Notes: generated by a model not told the origin, from the sequence alone. Shown: positions 1-13,647, counted from the first letter of the stretch. The stretch: DNA of 64,000 nucleotides from an uncultured Gammaproteobacteria bacterium (GCA_963761035.1 CAVXFH010000002.1:1930915-1994914), one strand, 5' to 3'. Numbers and translations are program-made.

Positions 1-1
1 G

Positions 2-322
2 GGACCTTACTCCATCACCATCGACCCCTCTGGCCGCCATGCCTATGTGGCCAATTCAAGCAGCGTAACCGTCTCGCAGTACACAATTGGCACGGATGGC
101 CGCCTCACTCCAATGACGGTTGCCACCGTCGCGGCGGGGTTAGTTCCTGAGTCTGTCACCGTCGACCCATCGGGCCGGTACGCCTATGTGGCGAATAACG
201 CTGATGACACCATCTCGCAGTACACCATCGGCGCGGATGGCAGTCTCACGCCCATGGCGGTCGCGACTCTAGCATCTGGGCGCGCCCCTAAATCAATCAT
301 TGCTGTAGGCACCTGGCAGTGA
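2..322 (+). CDS. C-terminal fragment of a beta-propeller lactonase-family protein (YVTN/3-carboxymuconate-cyclase-like repeats); 5' end lies outside the window
   Basis: Repeated motif 'DPSGRYAYVAN..D.TISQYTIG.DG.LTP' typical of 7-bladed beta-propeller lactonases. Frame is open from base 2. Confidence 0.5.
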   Translation, partial: GPYSITIDPSGRHAYVANSSSVTVSQYTIGTDGRLTPMTVATVAAGLVPESVTVDPSGRYAYVANNADDTISQYTIGADGSLTPMAVATLASGRAPKSIIAVGTWQ

Positions 323-414
323 TCTACCAGGGATATAGCGACAACAGGCGTAGTTTATGCGCGGCCCATCCATTGAAACCGGCAGATCGATGTTACCTTA
401 GAAAGGGACATGAC

Positions 415-813
415 ATGATAAAGTCTAATTTGTTCTTCCCACTGTGTTTGTTAGCTGTATTGATTTTCCTTACTCTGCCCGCTCACGCCGCCAATCGTGT
501 TCGCGCGGGACAGTGGGAGGTAACGATCAACCTGATGGGTCATGAGGTAACCAGGTCTAAATGTTTTTCACAAAGTGAAGCAGATGCTCTTAACGGCGAT
601 GCAGCATCCATCAAGGCATATGTCGAGCATGAGATTTCACCCGCTGGCTGCCATGTGAAGGACGTCAAAATTTCTGGCGACGTGGTTAGCGTGACCTCGG
701 TATGTAGTGGCAAAACAGATATTGGAAAGACAATCTACCACGGAGATAGTTTTGAGTCTGAAAATACTAATGGTGCCAAATCACATGCAAAGTGGGTTGG
801 GGTGTGCAAATAA
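415..813 (+). CDS. DUF3617-family secreted/lipoprotein (hypothetical)
   Basis: Signal peptide MIKSNLFFPLCLLAVLIFLTLPAHA. 'RAGQWEVT' plus a 'C..SEADA' spacing pattern as in DUF3617. AAGGGA SD 6 nt upstream. GC clearly lower than flanking genes. Confidence 0.5.
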   Translation: MIKSNLFFPLCLLAVLIFLTLPAHAANRVRAGQWEVTINLMGHEVTRSKCFSQSEADALNGDAASIKAYVEHEISPAGCHVKDVKISGDVVSVTSVCSGKTDIGKTIYHGDSFESENTNGAKSHAKWVGVCK

Positions 814-1468
814 CTCAGAAGAAGTAGTGGTGAAAGATTAGTGAACAACAGCCGCTTCAACAAGCCAATTATGCAAATCACGATTTTTTAGATGAGTGAC
901 CGCTTTTGGCCGAACCCGGGCATAAGAGACCGGACGCCGTCTGTAATATCAAGTCACGACTATTACATTTAAGATGTCCATCGCAGAATTTATTCAATAC
1001 CCTTTCAAATCTCGCAATAGAATAAATTCTCTATATTTCATCACTGCATGGTTGGTTGTACGCGGTTTAGCGTGGGTTGTTGCTGGAGTCACAATTGATA
1101 GAAACAAAACTTGCTAACTTCGCATTTAAGTCCAATACGGTGAGATGATGCATCATTGCGTTTTGCGTTTGTGCTTCGTGCGGCTCAATGCGGTGATGGC
1201 CGGCCACTAATCGCGGAACATGAGCGCATCACAGCAATCGGAGGCTTCACTTAAGCATACCCGGCTAGACGCCTAGAGTGGTATTCCACTACTCTGCGAG
1301 CTGTGAATCAAAATAGTGCGCTTAGCGGGCATAGGCATCTCGGCAGTGCAATCCAATAAGCATTTAGAAAGCTGGTATCTAAGCCTTTTATGGCGCTAAA
1401 CGCACCATTTTGATGCAAATCATGCTATATAATGCGCCAACTTCGTTCGCCACACTTGCTCATAGGGG

Positions 1469-2662
1469 ATGTCCATGGAGACTTTGAAATCGGGTAGCGA
1501 TGTGTTGTTCGTGCTCATGGGGGCGGTGATGGTGTTGGCCATGCATGCCGGATTCGCCTTCCTGGAAGTGGGCACGGTGCGCAAGAAGAACCAGGTCAAT
1601 GCCCTGGTCAAGATCATCGTGGACTTTGCCATGTCGACCCTCGCCTATTTCTTCATCGGCTATGGCATTGCCTATGGCACTTCTTTTTTCACGGACGCCC
1701 ATGCCTTGGCGGAGAAAAGCGGCTATGAACTGGTGAAGTTCTTTTTTTTGCTGACCTTCGCCGCCGCCATCCCCGCCATCATTTCCGGCGGTATCGCCGA
1801 GCGGGCCAGATTCAATCCGCAGTTGGCCGCGACGGCCTTGCTGGTCGGCTTCGTCTATCCGTTTTTTGAGGGCATCGCCTGGCACGACAACCTCGGCGTG
1901 CAGGATTGGCTGAAAGGTCAATTCGGCGCCGCGTTTCACGATTTCGCGGGTTCGGTGGTGGTGCATGCCATGGGCGGTTGGCTGGGGTTGGTGGCGGTGT
2001 TGTTATTGGGTGCGCGGCATGGCCGGTATACCAAGGACGGCAGAATGACCGCCCATCCGCCGTCGAATATTCCCTTTTTGGCCTTGGGGGCGTGGATCCT
2101 CACCGTGGGTTGGTTTGGATTTAACGTCATGTCGGCGCAGGCCGTGGACGCGGTCAACGGCCTGGTGGCGGTCAACTCGTTGATGGCGATGGTGGGCGGC
2201 GTGTTGGCGGCGCTGTTTGCCGGACGCTATGACCCCGGCTTCGTGCACAACGGACCTTTGGCGGGTCTGGTCGCGATCTGCGCCGGTTCCGATGTGATGC
2301 ATCCCGTGGGGGCCCTGGTGACGGGCTTGGTGGCCGGTGTCTTGTTCGTATGGACCTTCACCCTCACCCAGAATAAATGGAAGATCGACGACGTGTTGGG
2401 GGTGTGGCCCTTGCACGGTCTGTGCGGGGTGTGGGGCGGTATCGCCGCGGGGATATTCGGTTCCACGGCCCTGGGCGGCATGGGCGGCGTGAGCTTCATG
2501 TCGCAATTGATAGGCACCGGTATGGGAGTGGCAGTCGCCGTGGTGGGCGGCTTGCTGGTATACGGCGGATTAAAGGCCGCGGTCGGTCTGCGGTTGACCC
2601 AGGAAGAGGAATACCAGGGCGCCGATTTGAGTATCCATAAGATCGGTTCGGAACCGCCTTAG
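1469..2662 (+). CDS. amtB: Ammonium transporter (Amt family)
   Basis: 397 aa, multi-TM. Start 'DVLFVLMGAVMVLAMHAGFAFLEVGTVRKKNQVNALVKII' is the characteristic Amt N-terminal signature. Confidence 0.9.
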   Translation: MSMETLKSGSDVLFVLMGAVMVLAMHAGFAFLEVGTVRKKNQVNALVKIIVDFAMSTLAYFFIGYGIAYGTSFFTDAHALAEKSGYELVKFFFLLTFAAAIPAIISGGIAERARFNPQLAATALLVGFVYPFFEGIAWHDNLGVQDWLKGQFGAAFHDFAGSVVVHAMGGWLGLVAVLLLGARHGRYTKDGRMTAHPPSNIPFLALGAWILTVGWFGFNVMSAQAVDAVNGLVAVNSLMAMVGGVLAALFAGRYDPGFVHNGPLAGLVAICAGSDVMHPVGALVTGLVAGVLFVWTFTLTQNKWKIDDVLGVWPLHGLCGVWGGIAAGIFGSTALGGMGGVSFMSQLIGTGMGVAVAVVGGLLVYGGLKAAVGLRLTQEEEYQGADLSIHKIGSEPP

Positions 2663-2817
2663 TCGTTCTCTTTGGTCACTATTCACTCGGCGTACGGGCA
2701 GTGTCCATGTGAGAGTTTCCATAAGTGAGTTGGCCATGATGATAACCGCTACGCCGCTGTGATTTATGCAACCGGCTCATCGCGATCCCAGGCGAGTTGC
2801 CGGTCCGAGGCCAAGGA

Positions 2818-4548
2818 TTAACGGGCTTGGGCGTGTAACTCAACATTAGGCGTGTAAAGCCGGTAATCATTTTTGCCTTGTTGCTTGGCGCGGTACATGG
2901 CGATGTCGGCCAGTCTGAGTAATACTTCGGCGTTCTGTGCGTCGTTAGGCGCGATGCTGATGCCGATGCTGACCCCGATGACGCATTGTTGATCACGGAT
3001 TTCAAAGGGTGCGGCGAGGGCGTTGATGATTTTTTGCGCCACTAGACATGCGGCTTGCGGGCCGTCGAGTTCATTGAGGGCCACTACGAATTCATCGCCG
3101 CCATGGCGGGCGACGGTGTCGCCGGCGCGAACGCAAGTGCCGAGGCGTTGCGCGGCGATTTGTAGAGCATGATCTCCCATGCTATGGCCATAGGCGTCGT
3201 TGATAAGCTTAAAGCCGTCCAGATCGCAGAAGAGGATGGCGACCAACTGATTGCGCCTGGACGCCCGCGTCAGGGCTTGGTTGATTCTATCTAATAGCAG
3301 GTTACGATTCGGCAGCTTGGTCAGTAGATCGTAGTTGGCGAGATAGAGTAGATGGTCCTCTACTTTCTTCCGCTCGGTAATATCTTGTAGAACCAAAATC
3401 AATCCGCCGCAGTGAGTGTGGTCGCAATACAGCGATGATGAAATCGAGACGGGGAGTGGGGCACCATTTTTAACGTTAAATGTGGTTTCTACACCCTGAA
3501 GATAGGGGGACTTGATCAGCGAGGCGAACATGGATGTAATCAGGTCTGGATGGGCGATGAAGTTATCGATGTGACGTCCGAGCAGCTCTTTTTCCTGATA
3601 CTTGAGCAGCGCCAGCGCCGTGGGATTTACCCATGTAATATGGCGGCTGACATCGATGAGAATAAGGGCGTCCGGGACCGATCGCAGCATGTCATTCATC
3701 TGCTCTTTCGAGACGGTGATGACGGCGAGATTATCGGCCATCGAATTGAATGCTCGTGCAAGTTGCACGATTTCTTCGCTGCCCGCTTCGGGCGCCCTGA
3801 CATCGAAACGGCCACGACCTAATTCGGCCGCGGAGGTGACGAGTCGTTGAATGGGAACCGCCAGGGAGCGGGCTATGAGCAGCCCGAGGGTGATGGAGAA
3901 TATCAGGGTCAGCGCCTCGGATATCAGCAGGATTCGCTGCGCATTATGTATGGTTCTGTCTACGTCGTCATTGTCTTTGGTCAATTCTCTATTGGTGTAA
4001 AACAATTGCGCGTCCACCGCGGCTTCGAAGGCATGTTCGCCATTTTCGAGTATGCCGAGCGCCTCGGTAAGCTCGCTGGCGGGGCTTTTTGCCTGAAGCT
4101 TCTTTATGACTTCGTCGCTGCTGTGTTTGAGAAATTCAGCCGTGTCACGTGTCGCGGTTAAGTATAATTTCTCATCTTGCGAGATGTGGCTAAGCATGGA
4201 ATCATAGGTGCTTAGGGAAAGCTCGAGGGGTTTTATCGCCGACTCTCGCAGCTCATTAAGTTCGTTTATCCAGTCATCACTTGTTTGTACCGAGTCTGAA
4301 TGCGCGCCGTAGTGGAGTAGGGCGAGTCGCGAGGTGCTGTAAACTATCCTCGTCCCGAAATAACGCAAGTTCTCCAATTTAAGCAGCCGCGGCAGGGTTT
4401 CTTGGGCGGCATTGCTATAGGCGTCCTTGATGATGAGGATATTTTGAAAGGCGACGAGCCCGATAACCACCGCGCTGATGGCGACGCTCAGGAAGGAAAG
4501 CAATAGTTTATTTTGAATCTTCACTATGATGCCTCTGTCTCGCGACAT
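2818..4548 (-). CDS. Membrane sensor diguanylate cyclase (TM-periplasmic sensor-TM-HAMP-PAS-GGDEF)
   Basis: GGDEF active-site motif 'RHGGDEFVV' and 'LTKLPNRNLL' A-site region. Two TM segments flank a ~150-aa periplasmic domain. HAMP and PAS-like segments precede the GGDEF domain. Confidence 0.85.
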   Translation of the reverse strand: MSRDRGIIVKIQNKLLLSFLSVAISAVVIGLVAFQNILIIKDAYSNAAQETLPRLLKLENLRYFGTRIVYSTSRLALLHYGAHSDSVQTSDDWINELNELRESAIKPLELSLSTYDSMLSHISQDEKLYLTATRDTAEFLKHSSDEVIKKLQAKSPASELTEALGILENGEHAFEAAVDAQLFYTNRELTKDNDDVDRTIHNAQRILLISEALTLIFSITLGLLIARSLAVPIQRLVTSAAELGRGRFDVRAPEAGSEEIVQLARAFNSMADNLAVITVSKEQMNDMLRSVPDALILIDVSRHITWVNPTALALLKYQEKELLGRHIDNFIAHPDLITSMFASLIKSPYLQGVETTFNVKNGAPLPVSISSSLYCDHTHCGGLILVLQDITERKKVEDHLLYLANYDLLTKLPNRNLLLDRINQALTRASRRNQLVAILFCDLDGFKLINDAYGHSMGDHALQIAAQRLGTCVRAGDTVARHGGDEFVVALNELDGPQAACLVAQKIINALAAPFEIRDQQCVIGVSIGISIAPNDAQNAEVLLRLADIAMYRAKQQGKNDYRLYTPNVELHAQAR

Positions 4549-4786
4549 CCATATGCATGTGTCGTGCGCCTGCTAGTTGATCGGCTGCCACTGGGATTCA
4601 CTGAGTTTAAGACTGGGGAAAGGGCGTATCGCTAAAAACATCATTACTTTCTGCAGCTAAGCTTGCCGGCTCCGGTAAAAATTCAGAGCTCAGCGGTATT
4701 TGATCCTAGGGCAGCTCTCTGGCGCCAGTGGGGAAAAAGTAGTACGGTAGGCGGGTTTATATTCTGCGTCGTGAAGTTAATCGCTA

Positions 4787-6154
4787 ATGGCTAAGACCTT
4801 ATATATCAAGACATTCGGGTGTCAGATGAACGAGTACGATTCCGCCAAGATGGCGGACGTGCTGAGAGCGTCGCACGGGTTGAAGGCGGCGGAGGCCCCG
4901 GAAGAGGCCGACGTGTTGTTGCTCAACACCTGTTCCATCCGTGAAAAGGCCGAGGAGAAGGTATTCTCCCTGCTCGGTATGTGGCGCGAGATTAAAGAAC
5001 GCCGGCCCGGGGTGGTCATCGGCGTAGGCGGCTGCGTGGCCAGCCAGGAGGGCGATAACATTCGCCGCCGCGCACCCTACGTGGATATCGTGTTCGGTCC
5101 CCAGACGTTGCATCGCCTGCCGCGGATGCTGGATCAGGTGCGGCGCGAGCGGCGCCCGGCGGTGGACGTCTCCTTTCCCGAAATCGAAAAATTCGATCAC
5201 CTGCCCGCGCCGCGTGCCGAGGGTCCCTCCGCCTATGTGTCGGTGATGGAAGGTTGCAGCAAGTACTGTACGTTTTGCGTGGTGCCCTACACGCGGGGCG
5301 AGGAGGTTAGCCGTCCCTTCGACGACGTGCTGGCGGAGATCGCGATACTGGCGCAACAAGGTATACGCGAAGTGACGTTACTGGGGCAGAACGTCAATGC
5401 CTATCGCGGCGCGATGCACGACGGGGTGGAGGCGGACCTGGCGCTGCTGATCAACTATGTGGCGGAGATCGACGGCATCGAGCGTATCCGCTTCACCACT
5501 TCCCACCCCGTGGAATTTTCCGACCGCCTCATCCGAGCCTACGCCGAGGTGCCCAAGCTGGTAAGCCATTTGCACTTGCCGGTGCAAAGCGGCGCCGATC
5601 GCATATTAATGATGATGAAGCGCGGCCATACCGCGCTGCAATACAAGGCCAAGATCCGCCGTCTGCGGGAAGCCCGTCCCGGCATCAGTCTGTCTTCCGA
5701 CTTTATCGTCGGATTTCCCGGCGAGAGCACCGCAGATTTTCAGGCCACCATGGACCTGATCGAGGATATCGGCTTCGATAATTCCTTCAGCTTCATCTAT
5801 AGCCCGCGTCCCGGCACCCCCGCGGCCGCTTTTCCGGACGACATCTCCATGTCGGTCAAGAAACACCGCCTGGCGATCTTGCAGCAGCGCATTCGCGAGA
5901 TGGCCGAGGCCATCAGCCAGGCCATGGTGGGGACGGTGCAAACCGTGGTGGTGGAAGGCCCCTCCCGCAAGAACCCCCGCGAGCTGTGCGGCCGAACTGA
6001 AAACAACCGGGTGGTGAACTTCGCTGGCCTCAGCGGCCTCATCGGGCAATTTGTCACCCTGCGTATTACCGAATCCCTGACGAATTCCCTGCGGGGTGAG
6101 GTGGTGCAAGCGATTGACTGTAAAGGCGTTGAGCGCGTTGCCCAGGGATTCTGA
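4787..6154 (+). CDS. miaB: tRNA-2-methylthio-N6-dimethylallyladenosine synthase
   Basis: N-terminus '[17 protein letters not shown]' and radical-SAM '[11 protein letters not shown]' motif. Conserved miaB-ybeZ-ybeY-corC-lnt order. Confidence 0.95.
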   Translation: MAKTLYIKTFGCQMNEYDSAKMADVLRASHGLKAAEAPEEADVLLLNTCSIREKAEEKVFSLLGMWREIKERRPGVVIGVGGCVASQEGDNIRRRAPYVDIVFGPQTLHRLPRMLDQVRRERRPAVDVSFPEIEKFDHLPAPRAEGPSAYVSVMEGCSKYCTFCVVPYTRGEEVSRPFDDVLAEIAILAQQGIREVTLLGQNVNAYRGAMHDGVEADLALLINYVAEIDGIERIRFTTSHPVEFSDRLIRAYAEVPKLVSHLHLPVQSGADRILMMMKRGHTALQYKAKIRRLREARPGISLSSDFIVGFPGESTADFQATMDLIEDIGFDNSFSFIYSPRPGTPAAAFPDDISMSVKKHRLAILQQRIREMAEAISQAMVGTVQTVVVEGPSRKNPRELCGRTENNRVVNFAGLSGLIGQFVTLRITESLTNSLRGEVVQAIDCKGVERVAQGF

Positions 6155-6226
6155 GCTCACGCCGCCATTGCATGCGGCGTCGTTTTCGACTATCTTACCA
6201 TTTAAGTTCCTATTTCTATTCCACAT

Positions 6227-7225
6227 TTGAACGTTAAACCTGCTTTCTACGATTTTACCCTAGAACCCGCCGACAACGAGCGTCTTGCCAACTTGTGTGG
6301 ACAATTCGACGAACATCTGCGCCAGGTGGAAGGACGTCTGGGTGTGGAAGTAACCAGTCGCGGCAATCGCTTTCGCGTCATCGGCGCTTCCCAGCCGGTG
6401 CAGGCGGCGGGACAGGTATTGAAAAACCTTTATTCCGAGACCGCCAAGGTCCATTTAACCCCGGCCCGCGTTCACATAGCGCTGCAGCAGTTGGGGGCCG
6501 AGGTTGCCGCCGACGCGGAACATGCGGGCAATAACGCGGCGGCGATCCAGACCCGCCGCGGTTTGATCAGCGGACGAGGGCCCAATCAGCAGCGTTATCT
6601 GCAAAATATTCTGAGTTACGATATCAATTTCGGTATAGGGCCGGCGGGGACCGGTAAGACCTATCTGGCCGTAGCCTGTGCCGTGCATGCCCTGGAACAG
6701 GAAAAGGTGGGGCGCGTGGTGTTGACGCGGCCGGCGGTGGAGGCCGGGGAACGGCTGGGCTTTCTCCCCGGCGACCTGGCGCAGAAGATCGATCCCTATT
6801 TGCGGCCGCTGTACGATGCCTTGTATGAGATGCTGGGTTTCGAACGGGTGGCGAAGCTGGTGGAACGCAATGTGATCGAGATCGCGCCCTTGGCGTACAT
6901 GCGCGGCCGCACCTTGAACGATGCCTTCATCATCCTCGATGAGGCGCAGAACACTACCGTGGAGCAGATGAAGATGTTTCTGACTCGTATCGGATTCGGC
7001 TCCAAGGTGGTGGTCACCGGCGATGTTACCCAGGTGGATCTGCCGCGCGGACGGCAGTCCGGTCTGCGCCACGTGGTGGAGGTGTTGAAGGGGGTGGACG
7101 GCATCAGTTTCACCTTCTTTAAGGCAGCGGATGTGGTGCGCCATCCCTTGGTGCAATGTATCGTCACCGCCTACGAGAGTTTTGAAGAAGGCAGCGCGGC
7201 ATCGGTCAGGGAGCAGGGATCATGA
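6227..7225 (+). CDS. ybeZ: PhoH-like ATPase
   Basis: Walker A 'GPAGTGKTYLAV'. Position between miaB and ybeY. Confidence 0.9.
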   Translation: MNVKPAFYDFTLEPADNERLANLCGQFDEHLRQVEGRLGVEVTSRGNRFRVIGASQPVQAAGQVLKNLYSETAKVHLTPARVHIALQQLGAEVAADAEHAGNNAAAIQTRRGLISGRGPNQQRYLQNILSYDINFGIGPAGTGKTYLAVACAVHALEQEKVGRVVLTRPAVEAGERLGFLPGDLAQKIDPYLRPLYDALYEMLGFERVAKLVERNVIEIAPLAYMRGRTLNDAFIILDEAQNTTVEQMKMFLTRIGFGSKVVVTGDVTQVDLPRGRQSGLRHVVEVLKGVDGISFTFFKAADVVRHPLVQCIVTAYESFEEGSAASVREQGS

Positions 7226-7713
7226 CGCTGGTGGTGGATGTTCAATACGCCGTCGAAAGAACGATGGAAGGCGACAATGGACTGCCCGCCCCTCGGGATT
7301 TTGAGCGGTGGGCGGCGGCGGCGCTCGCCGGTCGCTGCGCGGCGGGGGAAATGACCATCCGTGTGGTGGGTTTGGCCGAAGGCGCGGCATTGAACGAGAC
7401 TTACCGCCGGCGCAGCGGGCCGACCAATGTCTTATCTTTTCCCTATGAGAGTACTCCGGAAATGGAACCGCCGCTGCTGGGAGACCTGGTAATCTGCGCG
7501 CCGCAAGTGATGCTCGAGGCGCAGCAACAACGTAAAGTGCCGCAGGCTCATTGGGCCCATTTGACGGTACACGGCAGCCTGCATCTATTGGGGTATGATC
7601 ATGAAGAGGCCAAGGAGGCCGAAATCATGGAACGCCTGGAAATCGCTATCCTGGCCGGATTGGGTTATCCCGATCCTTATGTCGAAGAGCAAGCGATCCG
7701 GACCGCCTGTTGA
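7222..7713 (+). CDS. ybeY: Endoribonuclease YbeY (rRNA maturation factor)
   Basis: Metal-binding 'HGSLHLLGYDHE' motif. 4-nt overlap with ybeZ. Confidence 0.9.
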   Translation: MTLVVDVQYAVERTMEGDNGLPAPRDFERWAAAALAGRCAAGEMTIRVVGLAEGAALNETYRRRSGPTNVLSFPYESTPEMEPPLLGDLVICAPQVMLEAQQQRKVPQAHWAHLTVHGSLHLLGYDHEEAKEAEIMERLEIAILAGLGYPDPYVEEQAIRTAC

Positions 7714-7775
7714 GGCGGAGCGGGAATGATGCCACCCGGCGTCATCGGTATACAAAGGAAAATCATTTAAACGTC

Positions 7776-8660
7776 ATGACGGATGAGCGAACGAATAACA
7801 ACGGACCTTCGCGTTCCTGGTTGGAGCGATTGAGTTTTGCGTTGATGGGCGAACCCAGGGACCGGGAACAACTGGTGGAACTGCTGCGCGACGCCCAGCA
7901 GCGCAATTTACTGGACGCCGATGCGCTGGCCATGATCGAGGGCGTGTTGCAGGTAGCCGAGATGCAGGTGCGCGATATCATGGTACCGCGCGCCCAGATG
8001 GCGGTAGTGGAGCGCGACGCGACGCTGGAAAAAATCCTTCCGGTGGTCATCGAGTCGGCCCACTCGCGTTTTCCGGTTATAGATGACAACCGCGCCGAGG
8101 TGGCGGGCATCTTGCTCGCCAAGGATTTGCTTGCGTACAGCGGCGCGGACGGCGCGAAGAATTTCAATGTGCGGGACGTCCTGCGTCCGGCGGCTTTTAT
8201 CCCGGAGAGCAAACGCCTCAATGTGCTGTTGAAGGAGTTTCGCGCCAGCCGCAATCACATGGCCATCGTAGTGGACGAGTACGGGAGCGTCGCGGGTCTG
8301 GTGACTATCGAGGATGTCTTGGAGCAGATCGTGGGAGAGATCGTAGACGAGCACGACATCGAGGAAGATGCTTATATAAAAAAACACAACGACAATGTCT
8401 ACGCGGTCAAGGCCCTGACGCCTATCGAGGAATTCAATCATTATTTTTATTCGAATTTCAGCGACGAAGAATTCGATACCATCGGCGGTCTGGTGATACA
8501 TCGTTTCGGCCGTCTGCCGCGGCGCGGCGAGGTGATCAGCATCGACCGCTTTCGCTTCAAAGTGCTGAATGCCGATAGCCGCCGCATCCATCTCTTGCAG
8601 GTGACGGAACGGCGCAGTACCGCGGTCCAGGAAAAAACCGCCGTGGCTGGGGAACAGTAA
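7776..8660 (+). CDS. corC: CBS/CorC_HlyC-domain magnesium/cobalt efflux protein CorC
   Basis: Aligns with E. coli CorC from 'LLDADALAMIEGVLQVAEMQVRDIMVPR'. ORF-track start 7710 would overlap ybeY; ATG 7776 gives a 294-aa protein like E. coli's 292 aa. Confidence 0.8.
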   Translation: MTDERTNNNGPSRSWLERLSFALMGEPRDREQLVELLRDAQQRNLLDADALAMIEGVLQVAEMQVRDIMVPRAQMAVVERDATLEKILPVVIESAHSRFPVIDDNRAEVAGILLAKDLLAYSGADGAKNFNVRDVLRPAAFIPESKRLNVLLKEFRASRNHMAIVVDEYGSVAGLVTIEDVLEQIVGEIVDEHDIEEDAYIKKHNDNVYAVKALTPIEEFNHYFYSNFSDEEFDTIGGLVIHRFGRLPRRGEVISIDRFRFKVLNADSRRIHLLQVTERRSTAVQEKTAVAGEQ

Positions 8661-8701
8661 CGCACGTTCGCGGCGGTCTTTAGTTATCGCGCCCACCTTT
8701 C

Positions 8702-10294
8702 ATGGCCCATTCATTCTCCGCCGTCGATTTACCGCGCCCTTCATCCCCTGAAGCACCGCGATGGATGGCCGTGCTGGGTGAAGGATGGCGCGGCGATGTG
8801 CTGGCGCTGATTTCCGGCGCGATTCTTCCTTTCGCCTTTGCCCCTTTCGATGCTTTCCCCTTGGCGGTAATCGCGCCGGCCTTGTTGTTCCTGCTATGGC
8901 TGGGACTGACGCCGCGGCGCGCCTTCCGCCGCGGCTATGGGTTTGGCCTGGGCATGTTCGGCGTCGGCGTCAACTGGGTCTTCGTGAGCATGTACGAATT
9001 CGGCGGGGTGAGCATGCCCCTGTCGTTGTTTCTCACCAGCGTGTTCGTCTTGTTCCTGGCCTTGTTTCCCGCACTGCTCGGTTATTGCTTGATGCGGCTT
9101 GCAAATCGCATCCGCTCCGCGCCCGGCTTGATCTTGATACTGCTCTTTCCGGCGGGGTGGGTATTGTGCGAATGGATACGCGGCTGGTTTCTGACCGGGT
9201 TTCCCTGGTTGAACCTGGGATACAGTCAAGTGGACTCGCCCCTCGCCGGCCTGGCGCCGCTGATCGGTGTTTACGGAGTATCGTTGGCCGTGGCGGTGAC
9301 GGCGGGGTGCTTAGCGACGCTTGCCGTCGCGCGCCATCGCCGCAAGCGCACCGCGTTGGCGGTGGCGCTGCTCGCTTTGTGGGGCGCCGCCGCGTTGTTG
9401 AATACCTTGTATTGGACGCGGCCGGCGGGTGCACCGCTCCGCGTTACCTTGTTGCAAGGCGATATCCCACAGGATCTGAAATGGCTGCATGAACTGCGCC
9501 AGCCCACCCTGGATCTCTATACAAAATTGACCGAGGAACATTGGGACAGCCGGTTGGTTGTCTGGCCGGAAAGCGCCTTGCCGGATATGTATCACGAGGC
9601 CAAAGATTTCATCGACAACTTGGCGGAGAAGGCCAGGGCCCATAATACCGATTTATTGATCGGCCTCTTGTACGATGATCTGGCCACGGGACGTTATTAC
9701 AACAGTATGGTCGGCTTGGGCCGGAGCCGCCAGTTCTATCACAAACATCATCTCGTTCCCTTCACCGAATATCTACCCATGCAAAGCGTACTGGGCGGGA
9801 TAGTGGACTTCATGCAGGTGCCCATGTCGGACTTCAGTAAAGGTCCGGCGTGGCAGCCGCCTTTGGCGGTCGCGGGGCAGAAGGCGGGCATCTCGATTTG
9901 CTACGAGGACGCCTTCGGCGAAGAGGTGATCCGCGCCCTGCCGGAGGCGACTTTTTTGGTGAATGTCAGTAACGATGCCTGGTTCGGTCATTCCATCGCG
10001 CCGCAACAACACCTGCAAATCGCCCAGATGCGCGCCTTGGAAACGGGGCGCCCCCTGTTGCGGGCCACCAATACCGGCATGACGGCCATCATCGATGCCC
10101 GTGGTAGGCTGCAGGCCGTGGCGCCGCAATTCACGGTGGCTGCCTTGACGGGGGAGATTCAGCCCATGCAGGGCATGACGCCGTATGCTCGTTTCGGCAA
10201 CTATCCTACAGTGATCTTGGCGATCGTGTTATTGCTCGCGGGTGGATGGCTATTGAGGCGGAAGCGACATGATTCCCTACACCGCGGCTTATGA
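8702..10294 (+). CDS. lnt: Apolipoprotein N-acyltransferase
   Basis: 530 aa: N-terminal polytopic membrane domain plus C-terminal CN-hydrolase domain ('ICYEDAFGEEV'). Canonical position after corC. Confidence 0.9.
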   Translation: MAHSFSAVDLPRPSSPEAPRWMAVLGEGWRGDVLALISGAILPFAFAPFDAFPLAVIAPALLFLLWLGLTPRRAFRRGYGFGLGMFGVGVNWVFVSMYEFGGVSMPLSLFLTSVFVLFLALFPALLGYCLMRLANRIRSAPGLILILLFPAGWVLCEWIRGWFLTGFPWLNLGYSQVDSPLAGLAPLIGVYGVSLAVAVTAGCLATLAVARHRRKRTALAVALLALWGAAALLNTLYWTRPAGAPLRVTLLQGDIPQDLKWLHELRQPTLDLYTKLTEEHWDSRLVVWPESALPDMYHEAKDFIDNLAEKARAHNTDLLIGLLYDDLATGRYYNSMVGLGRSRQFYHKHHLVPFTEYLPMQSVLGGIVDFMQVPMSDFSKGPAWQPPLAVAGQKAGISICYEDAFGEEVIRALPEATFLVNVSNDAWFGHSIAPQQHLQIAQMRALETGRPLLRATNTGMTAIIDARGRLQAVAPQFTVAALTGEIQPMQGMTPYARFGNYPTVILAIVLLLAGGWLLRRKRHDSLHRGL

Positions 10295-10816
10295 GTGCGG
10301 CCGACGGTAGCGGACAAACACCGTTTGCTTGCAGCGCGGGCAGGGCGGAATGTGGCCGGTGGCGTGAAAGTGCAGTATCTCGCCGCACGCGGTGCATTGC
10401 AGGGTTCCTATGGTGGTGACTTCGCCAGTGTGATACTGGGAGGCGCGCTGCGCCCGCTGCGCCAGTTCCAAAAAGGCCAGTTTGCTTTGATCCGCCGCCG
10501 CGGTGAATGCCTCCCACAGCCGATCTTCCACCAATTCGATGTCGAATTGCAGCCAGGCGCTCAGCTCCTTACCGGTGTCCGCCAGGTATTCGCCGGCGTC
10601 TTCCAGGTCGCGCCGCAGGTAATTGCCGATCCGCTCCGCCTCTTCGCGGCTGAGTTCGCCCATTTCCACCGCCTTGTCTTTGGCCAGATCGACACTGTGT
10701 TGCAGGGCGGCCAGTGTTTTCTTCTCGGCTTTTTGTGACAGGTCTTTTACCCGTTCCATCATCCGGTTGTAGGCATGAACCAATTTTTCGCTGCTGGGCA
10801 TGGGGGCGGGGGGCAT
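10289..10816 (-). CDS. Zinc-ribbon-containing protein (DUF1451-like)
   Basis: C-terminal CxxC...CxxC ('CTACGEILHFHATGHIPPCPRCKQ'). GGAG SD ahead of ATG at 10816. Convergent with lnt and overlaps it by 6 nt. Confidence 0.6.
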   Translation of the reverse strand: MPPAPMPSSEKLVHAYNRMMERVKDLSQKAEKKTLAALQHSVDLAKDKAVEMGELSREEAERIGNYLRRDLEDAGEYLADTGKELSAWLQFDIELVEDRLWEAFTAAADQSKLAFLELAQRAQRASQYHTGEVTTIGTLQCTACGEILHFHATGHIPPCPRCKQTVFVRYRRPHS

Positions 10817-10937
10817 GGAATTCACTCCTCTTGAAACTGGAGTGTAGTGTGACCTAGTAGCGCCGCGATGAAAAGCCTGTTGCAGGCGCGTGTTGTTAGG
10901 CCTGGCGGCCCTACGGTATCCTTGCACCTCATAATAA

Positions 10938-13637
<2,700 letters not shown>

Positions 13638-13647
13638 CGAGTGATGA

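Noticed and set aside
1410-1433. TTGATG ... TATAAT as sigma-70 promoter of amtB
   Set aside because: The perfect TATAAT (1428-1433) has only a 12-nt spacer to the -35-like hexamer. It may still be a -10 for an extended or other promoter, but cannot be supported.
7710-7775. 22-aa N-terminal extension of corC overlapping ybeY
   Set aside because: CorC alignment begins at the MTDERT start (7776). The extension has no SD.
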